Shown: in pieces, positions 43,915-49,784 of the stretch
How positions within the stretch are numbered: position 1 is the first letter of the stretch
How the letters are laid out: each line of letters begins with the position of its first letter
Assembly (NCBI GenBank): GCA_046086245.1
Contig: JBJSXB010000257.1
Span: 1-49,784, forward strand
Direction: 5' to 3'
From: Planctomycetaceae bacterium
GTDB taxonomy: Bacteria; Planctomycetota; Planctomycetia; Pirellulales; UBA1268
Length of the DNA stretch: 49,784 nt
The notes under the pieces: generated by a model
What the model was told of the DNA's origin: nothing
Database searches by the model: none
What the model saw: only the letters and a program-made list of their open reading frames with translations
Program-made: the position numbers and the translations under genes

Positions 43915-46146
43915 ATGGCCACCAGCCCCTACGTCTGGGGAATCGACATCGGGAAGTGCGGGCTGAAGGCGCTGCGCTGCCGGCCGGCGGACGATCCGCG
44001 CATGCTCGTCGCGGACGCGTTCGACTACATCGAATACCCGATGATCCTCACCCAGCCGGAGGCCGATCCGGTCGAGTTGGTGCGCGCCGCGCTGCAGGAC
44101 TTCGTCGGTCGCAACAAACTGCGGGGCGACAAGGTGGCGGTTTCCGTGCCCGGGCAGTCGGGCCTCGCCAAGTTCATCAAGCTTCCCCCGATCGAAGCGA
44201 AGAAGATCCCCGACATCGTCCGCTACGAGGCGCGCCAGCAGATCCCCTTCCCGCTCGACCAGGTGATCTGGGACTGGCAGCGGCTCGCCGGCGGCATCGA
44301 GGAGAGCGGGTTCGTGATCGACGCCGAGGTGGCACTGTTCGCGATGAAGCGCGAACAGGTGGCCAAGGCGCTGGCACCGCTCCAAGCCGCCGACATCGAA
44401 GTCGACATCCTTCAATTGTCGCCGATGGCGCTGGCGAACATGGTGATGTTCGACCAACTGCCCGACCCGGCCACCATCGATCCCGACAACCCGCCGCAGT
44501 CGGTCGTGCTGGTGTCGATGGGGGTCGATTCGACCGATCTGGTCGTCACCAACGGGCTGCGCATCTGGCAGCGCAGCATGCCGATCGGCGGCAGCAATTT
44601 CACCAAGGCGCTCGTCCAAGGCATGAAACTGACGTTCGCCAAAGCGGAGCAGCTGAAGCGCAACGCCGTCCGCGCGGAAGATCCGAAGGCCGTCTTCAAC
44701 GCGATGCGGCCGGTGTTCAACGAGTTCGCCTCGGAACTGCAGCGCTCCCTGAATTACTTCACGGGGGCCGACCGCTCGGCGCGGATCGGCAAGGTCTTGC
44801 TGCTGGGCAACGCCGCGCGGCTCCGTGGCCTCGCCGATTTCGTCGGGAAGCAGTTGCAACTCGACGTTCAGCGGCTCGACACGTTCCGCGGCTTGGAGGG
44901 GGCGGCGGTGACGGGAGCGGCGGCCTTCAAGGAACACCGCCTGGCCTTCGGCACGGCCTACGGCCTGGCGCTGCAGGGGGCGGGCCGGGGCGTCATCAAC
45001 ACCAACCTGCTCCCTGGCGAGATCGTCCGCGAACGCCTCATCGCATCGAAGAAGCCGTGGGCGGTGGCGGCGATGGTCGGAGTTCTCGCCGCCTCGGCGT
45101 TGAGCTTCATCGGGAACTACACGGCGTGGACGACCTGGTCGCCCAACCTGTACGACGCGGCGTTCAAGGCGGCCGACGGGGTCAAGTCGGAGTCGCAGGC
45201 GGCGCAGACGAGCTTCGCCGACATGCAGAAAAAGCAGGAGGAGGCGGTCACCCGGCAACAGGACTTGGTGAAGCTCGAGGATCGCCGCTTCCAGGTGATC
45301 GACATGATGCGGTCGATCGAGTCGCTCCTCCCGCGCGATGAACCGGGCAAGGCGCCTGAGAAACTCGCCGACCGCCGCGAACTCCACATCGACCAACTCG
45401 ATTGCCAGTACTTCACCGACCTCGACACCTGGTTCACGGGCGTCAAGGACCAGTGGGCCGCCACGCATCCCTCCGAGGAAGCCGAGGAGTTGGACGAGAG
45501 CGGTGCCGCGGTGACCGCGGCGCCCACCGGGGGGGGCGAGGCCGAGGGAAGCGGCGCGGTGGCCGAGGTGGCGGGACCGAAGGGCCCCGGCTGGGTCATC
45601 CAGATGGTGGGCTACCACTACCACAACGAGGACCATCACAAGCCCGATCAGGGAGCCCAGTTTCTCCGCTCGACGATCGTCAAGGGGCTTCTCGGCAAGT
45701 CGGGGGACGTGACGGTGACCGCGGGTCCGCTCGCGGGCCAGAAGGTGCCGATCAAGGATCTGGGCATCGGCTTCCCGGTGATCGTCTCGTCGTCGCCGCT
45801 GCGGGTGATGCCCAACCCGCTCGCCCCGGCGACGATGCCCGGCATGATGCCCGGCATGGGACCGCCGGGGGCGGCTCCCGGCGGCCTGCCCTATCCCGGC
45901 GGCATTCCCGGTCCACCGGGGACGATTGCGTCCGGCGGCGGCTTTCCGGGAAGTGGACGTCCCCCCGGGGAATCCACCGGCAAAGATGGTGACGAAGGCA
46001 AGACGGGGGAGGAAGCGACGCCCGCGCCTCCGGTCGATCAGATGATCCGTCGCTACGACTTCGTCTTGCAGTTCACGTGGCAGCCGACCGTGCCCGGCGT
46101 GTCGAAGGACCAACCGTCCGAAGCGGAGGTGGCCGCAGGCCAGTGA
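43915..46146 (+). CDS. PilM-like actin-fold ATPase fused to a PilN-like transmembrane segment, with long C-terminal extension
   Basis: WGIDIGKCGLKAL (phosphate-1-like). AKFIKLPPIEAKKIPDIVRYEARQQIPFPLDQVIWDW (the PilM r.i.lP.m...el...v..ea...iPf....v.D block). LLGNAARLRGLADFV. Then INTNLLPGEI plus the TM helix PWAVAAMVGVLAASALSFIG (PilN INLLP hallmark). About 330 further residues include PATMPGMMPGMGPPGAAPGGLPYPGGIPGPPG. Confidence 0.8.
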   Translation: MATSPYVWGIDIGKCGLKALRCRPADDPRMLVADAFDYIEYPMILTQPEADPVELVRAALQDFVGRNKLRGDKVAVSVPGQSGLAKFIKLPPIEAKKIPDIVRYEARQQIPFPLDQVIWDWQRLAGGIEESGFVIDAEVALFAMKREQVAKALAPLQAADIEVDILQLSPMALANMVMFDQLPDPATIDPDNPPQSVVLVSMGVDSTDLVVTNGLRIWQRSMPIGGSNFTKALVQGMKLTFAKAEQLKRNAVRAEDPKAVFNAMRPVFNEFASELQRSLNYFTGADRSARIGKVLLLGNAARLRGLADFVGKQLQLDVQRLDTFRGLEGAAVTGAAAFKEHRLAFGTAYGLALQGAGRGVINTNLLPGEIVRERLIASKKPWAVAAMVGVLAASALSFIGNYTAWTTWSPNLYDAAFKAADGVKSESQAAQTSFADMQKKQEEAVTRQQDLVKLEDRRFQVIDMMRSIESLLPRDEPGKAPEKLADRRELHIDQLDCQYFTDLDTWFTGVKDQWAATHPSEEAEELDESGAAVTAAPTGGGEAEGSGAVAEVAGPKGPGWVIQMVGYHYHNEDHHKPDQGAQFLRSTIVKGLLGKSGDVTVTAGPLAGQKVPIKDLGIGFPVIVSSSPLRVMPNPLAPATMPGMMPGMGPPGAAPGGLPYPGGIPGPPGTIASGGGFPGSGRPPGESTGKDGDEGKTGEEATPAPPVDQMIRRYDFVLQFTWQPTVPGVSKDQPSEAEVAAGQ

Positions 46147-46294
46147 GACGCCGCGGAGCGCGCGGAGCCCGCGACGGGCGGCTGTAACGCGACCCGCTCG
46201 ACGGCGTCATCGGAAAAAGACGAACGGGGAGCGCGGCGGGGGCGGCGGCCGTTGTCATACGGCCAACAGGGGTGGGCACGAGGAGGAGGATGCG

Positions 46295-48235
46295 ATGGTC
46301 CAGGTTCCCGATTCGATCCGCCCGGTGGCCGACTTCCTCGCGAAATACCATTTTTGGATGCTCGTGCCGTTGGTGCCGCTGATCCTCCTGCCGCTCCTGC
46401 TGCTCACCAACGGCCGACTCTCCGCCGAAATGACCGCGTCGAAGGGGCAGATCGAGGGCCGTCTGTCAGCGCTCAAGAGCGTCGAGTCGGTGCAGCCCCA
46501 TCCCAACGATCGCTGGGCCGGCGACATGACGCGCCGCGTGACCCGCGTGCAGAAGGAGACGCTCGCCGAGTGGGAGGCGTTCTGGGCGAGCCAGGCGCCC
46601 CTTCGGGCATGGCCCGAGGAACTCGGTCCCGACTTCGTGCAACGGGCCCAGTCGCTCAAAGCGGGCGGCCGGCTGCCGCGTCCTTTGCTCGAGCGCTATC
46701 AAAACGGCATCCGCGCGATCGTCCGCAAGCTGCCCGGGCGGATGGGGGCCGACGAGATGATGCCCGACCCGGCGGGGGGTGGTGGCGGCGCAATGACCGG
46801 GGCGATGGCGATGGGGGGAGCCGCCTACTCGCCCGATGCGTCGGGCGCGTATTCACCCGACAACCCCGGCGGAATGATGGCCGGGGGCATCATGGCGGGC
46901 GGTCCCGGCATCGTGCCGCCAGGCCGCGGCCGCAAGGCGGCCACGGTGCAATGGAGCGCCGCCGACCAACAACTCTTGTTCAATTCGTTCTTTTGGGAGG
47001 AGCCGCCGAGCACGAAGAAAGTCGTGCTCGCGCAGGAAGAGCTCAACGTCTACGGGTTCCTCTGCGACCTCATCGGGCGGATCAACAAGGGTTCTGGGGG
47101 CTCCTACGACGCGCCGATCTGGATGGTGGAACGACTGGCGGTCGGCTACCCGGCCGCCGACGGCGCTCCGGAGACCACCACGTCCGGCCGCCTCCAATCC
47201 CCTCGCGGCCGCGACGGAGGGATGGGGATGGGCATGGGTGGGAGCATGGGGTCGGGGATGACGATCCCGGGCATGAGCGACATGGGAGGTTCCGGCGGCG
47301 AAGCCGCAGGAGCAGGTGGGGGGGCGGTGAAGCCGAGCCATCCGCGGTTCCAGGGTTCCGGCGGATTCGGCGGCATGGGGGGCATGTACGGCGGTTCGAG
47401 CGCCGGTCTGTCCGACATGATGGGGAGCGGCGAGGCGGCGACACCCGTCAACACCGACGACTCGCTCGAGGAGTGGATCTACGTCGACCCCGACGGCAAG
47501 CCGCTGACCGGTGAGGAAGTCCGCTCGGCCGCCGGTCGGATCGCGAACCTGATGCCGTTCGTCCTCCGCGGGGTTGCCGACCAGCGCAAACTCGACGCCA
47601 TTCTCGTCGCCTTCGCGACCGCGGAGGTGCCGGTCACCGTCCGGGAAATCCGCGTGAACCCCTCGGCCGGCGGTGGCGCGGGTGGCATGTTCGGCGGCGG
47701 AAACGCCGCCTATGCACCCGATTCGGGCGGCGCGGGAATGGGCGGTGGCATGGCGATGGGTATGGGGATGGGAGTGCCGGGCGGCGGTAGCGGCAACAAT
47801 CGCCGCGCGCACGACGTGACGTTCGAGATCGCCGGCACCATCGCCCTGGCCCGACGTCCCGATCCGAAAGCACTCGGTATCGAAGACAAGGCTGCCGACG
47901 AACCCGCCGAACCGGCGGCCGAACCCGCTCCTCCGGAACCGTCCTCCGATCAACCCGATCCGGGCGCGGCGGCGGTTGCACCGACGGATGCGGCACCGGC
48001 TGCCGCGGCGCCGGGTGAGGGGGCGCCGGGTGACGCCGTCCCGGCGAATCCACCGCCCGTTGATGCCGCGCCGGCCGAACCGAATCCGGGTGCCCCCCCC
48101 GCCGCCCGCCGGTTGCCACCCGTCACGCCGGGTGCGGCCACTCCCCGCTTCGCCATGGTCCCGACCCGTCCGTGGAACTTCGTCGCGTCCGGCATGTCGT
48201 CCGAGTCGCCGCTTGGTGGGAGGATCGCATCATGA
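46295..48235 (+). CDS. Single-pass membrane protein with Gly/Met-rich low-complexity segments, function unknown
   Basis: AGGAGGAGG upstream of the ATG. N-terminal TM helix YHFWMLVPLVPLILLPLLLL followed by a coiled-coil-like segment. Three G/M-rich tracts (for example GGMGMGMGGSMGSGMTIPGMSDMGGSGG and GGAGMGGGMAMGMGMGVPGGG) and a Pro/Ala-rich C-terminus. Confidence 0.65.
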   Translation: MVQVPDSIRPVADFLAKYHFWMLVPLVPLILLPLLLLTNGRLSAEMTASKGQIEGRLSALKSVESVQPHPNDRWAGDMTRRVTRVQKETLAEWEAFWASQAPLRAWPEELGPDFVQRAQSLKAGGRLPRPLLERYQNGIRAIVRKLPGRMGADEMMPDPAGGGGGAMTGAMAMGGAAYSPDASGAYSPDNPGGMMAGGIMAGGPGIVPPGRGRKAATVQWSAADQQLLFNSFFWEEPPSTKKVVLAQEELNVYGFLCDLIGRINKGSGGSYDAPIWMVERLAVGYPAADGAPETTTSGRLQSPRGRDGGMGMGMGGSMGSGMTIPGMSDMGGSGGEAAGAGGGAVKPSHPRFQGSGGFGGMGGMYGGSSAGLSDMMGSGEAATPVNTDDSLEEWIYVDPDGKPLTGEEVRSAAGRIANLMPFVLRGVADQRKLDAILVAFATAEVPVTVREIRVNPSAGGGAGGMFGGGNAAYAPDSGGAGMGGGMAMGMGMGVPGGGSGNNRRAHDVTFEIAGTIALARRPDPKALGIEDKAADEPAEPAAEPAPPEPSSDQPDPGAAAVAPTDAAPAAAAPGEGAPGDAVPANPPPVDAAPAEPNPGAPPAARRLPPVTPGAATPRFAMVPTRPWNFVASGMSSESPLGGRIAS

Positions 48236-49784
48236 AGAAGCCGAAAATCAACCTCAGCAAGCAGGGCATCGCCACCTTCTTTCTCAACCATGGGGAGAAG
48301 TTGGTCGTCGGCCTGTTCGCGATGCTTTCGCTCGGCCTCATGTGGGGAGGCGTCGACGCCCTGCGCACCAAGCCCGTCACGCGGAACCTGCTTCCACAGG
48401 TGATCACCGAACAGGCGACGAGGTCCCGCGAGCACATCGGCCGGGAGAAGAATCCGCCCCCCGACACGAGCAAGCGCACCCCCTTGACGACGCTCATGGA
48501 GCCGTGGCGGCATCCCCAGATCGCGGAGCGATCGCCGGGCGCGGTCTTCAACCGCCCGATCAACGAGGAACGGTCGAAGCGTTCCAAGCCCGACGTCTTT
48601 CCGATCGAACAGCTGCAGGCAGTCTCCGGGCAGGCGGTGTTGACGCTGAAGCCCGACGCAGCGGCGGCACTGGCCGCGGCGGCGGCCGAACCGAAGGACG
48701 ACGGACAGCGCGGGAACAAGCGCGGTGGCCGCGGGCGCGACAACCAGGCGGGCCGCGGTGGCAATCAACCGTCGGATCCGGCCGCCGACGGGATCGGTGG
48801 CGGAACGATCGCCGGGCGCGGCGGCAGCGCGCCGCCACCGGGCGTCCCACCGATGCAGAGCGGGGTGCCGGGTCTGCCCGGCTTCGGGATGGGCGACGGC
48901 ACCGGTGTGACTGCCAACGGCCAACTCGTCCCGTACTGCCTCGTCACCGGCTTGATCCCATGGTTGAAGCAGTCGGAGGAATTCCAGGCGCGGTTCATGA
49001 GCAGTTCGCTGCCCAATCCCCAGGGCGACTCCCCGGTGTGGGCCGACTACCAGGTGGAACGTGCCGAAGTCACCGCCGACGGCGTGGGACCGTTCCGCAA
49101 GATCGATCTCCGTGCCGCCTGGCAGCGGGCCAACAAACTGTACGCCAATCTGCAGCCGGACAGCCTCCCCGCCGAGTTCATCCTCGCCCAGGAGATGGCT
49201 CCCGATCCCAATCCGGCGCGGCGGGTGTTCGGCTACCTGACTCCGTTGCCGCAACTGGCGGGTGACGTGTGGGGGCTCGAATCGATCCACCCCTGGTTCA
49301 TCGATCTGATGCTCGACCGGAAGGAAAAGGAACGCGAGTTTCTCAAGAAGCAGGAAGCGGCGGCGCGCGAGGGCAACACCCCCTTGCTGTCCGGCGGCGG
49401 CGGCATGATGCCCGGTGTTCCCGGGATGCCTGGCGGATACCAGGGCGGCATCGGAGGCATCAGCGGCCCGCCTGGTGGAGGCTCGACGATCGGCCTGTCG
49501 GGTGGCGCCTACTCCGACCCCTATGGGGGTGCGATGACCGGATCGACCGACGGGTCCTATCCCGGTGGCGGTGGCTATCCGGGGGGCGGTGGCTACCCCG
49601 GTGGTGGCGGCTATCCCGGCGGCGGCGCGGGACCATCGTCTTCCCCGCCATCGGGCGGCAACAAGATTGGGCCGCGCAACACGAGCGTCGGCTCGATGCC
49701 GTCCAGGGGAAGCGGTGGCGGAGGCATGGGCGCGGGCGGCGCGATCAACGAGGGAGCGGCCACCGGCGGCGGTGCGGGAATGGG
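48232..49784 (+). CDS. Single-pass membrane protein with Gly/Pro/Met/Tyr-rich low-complexity C-terminal region (partial, continues beyond window)
   Basis: Not in the ORF track because no stop is reached. I translated it by hand from the ATG at 48232 (MKKPKINLSKQGIATFFLNHGEKLVVGLFAMLSLGLMWGG...) and found no stop through 49782. The start overlaps the preceding stop (ATGA at 48232-48235). One N-terminal TM helix. The track ORFs 47976..49265 (+) and 47950..49290 (-) are Arg-rich shadow frames. Confidence 0.6.
   Translation, partial: MKKPKINLSKQGIATFFLNHGEKLVVGLFAMLSLGLMWGGVDALRTKPVTRNLLPQVITEQATRSREHIGREKNPPPDTSKRTPLTTLMEPWRHPQIAERSPGAVFNRPINEERSKRSKPDVFPIEQLQAVSGQAVLTLKPDAAAALAAAAAEPKDDGQRGNKRGGRGRDNQAGRGGNQPSDPAADGIGGGTIAGRGGSAPPPGVPPMQSGVPGLPGFGMGDGTGVTANGQLVPYCLVTGLIPWLKQSEEFQARFMSSSLPNPQGDSPVWADYQVERAEVTADGVGPFRKIDLRAAWQRANKLYANLQPDSLPAEFILAQEMAPDPNPARRVFGYLTPLPQLAGDVWGLESIHPWFIDLMLDRKEKEREFLKKQEAAAREGNTPLLSGGGGMMPGVPGMPGGYQGGIGGISGPPGGGSTIGLSGGAYSDPYGGAMTGSTDGSYPGGGGYPGGGGYPGGGGYPGGGAGPSSSPPSGGNKIGPRNTSVGSMPSRGSGGGGMGAGGAINEGAATGGGAGM
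49558..49626 (+). repeat. In-frame 18-nt coding repeat, (YPGGGG) x4
   Basis: Tyr codons read at 49558, 49576, 49594 and 49612, each followed by a Pro codon and Gly codons. The synonymous codons differ between copies. Confidence 0.85.

Noticed and set aside
43705-46113. Upstream 800 codons of the 1656-aa minus-strand ORF 41143..46113
   Set aside because: This part is antisense to the well-supported PilM-like gene and is Arg/His/Gly-rich. Only the part downstream of the internal ATG at 43704 (MGIERIAVFL...) has protein-like composition and operon context with cmk and plsC.
1-49784. Mobile elements, prophage, genomic island boundaries, tRNA or rRNA genes
   Set aside because: I recognised no transposase, integrase or phage motifs, no tRNA T-loop (GGTTCGAATCC-like) sequences, no long terminal inverted repeats and no marked compositional break. 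The window reads as core chromosome.

Overview
Very GC-rich (about 65-70% by eye, not computed), gene-dense chromosomal segment with little non-coding DNA. The lineage is most likely Planctomycetota. Evidence: a DUF1559/H-X9-DG-type protein with a prepilin-like N-terminal methylation motif (GFTLVELLVVIAIIG), many large exported or membrane proteins, a Hanks-type Ser/Thr kinase, and a MoxR-DUF58-BatA-type operon. I support 35 protein-coding genes. One of them (48232..>49784) runs off the right edge and is missing from the ORF track. Most are housekeeping genes: rpsA, cmk, plsC, uppP, cca, scpB, an mnmE-like GTPase, bcp, apbE, a dedA-family gene, and a sigma-54-dependent response regulator. I recognised no rRNA, tRNA, CRISPR array, transposase, integrase or prophage gene. 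Because of the GC content, nearly every real gene is shadowed by long off-frame or antisense ORFs rich in Arg/Gly/Pro/Ala/Ser, up to 1166 aa; I rejected these. The most noteworthy observations are: (1) a three-gene cluster at the right edge with a PilM-PilN-like fusion and two single-pass membrane proteins, all carrying Gly/Met/Pro-rich low-complexity segments, with no other pilus gene visible; (2) a six-gene MoxR/DUF58/BatA-type operon (about 11.5 kb) ending in an alpha/alpha-toroid repeat protein; (3) a P-loop NTPase with two membrane helices between Walker A and Walker B (KAP-like topology), tightly linked to apbE; (4) a perfect 25-bp x 4.7 tandem repeat between rpsA and a convergent gene; (5) a 29-nt all-pyrimidine tract directly upstream of the rpsA start codon; (6) an orphan DNA methyltransferase placed between an M20 peptidase gene and scpB. 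All functional calls rest on motif recognition by eye. No database search was run.
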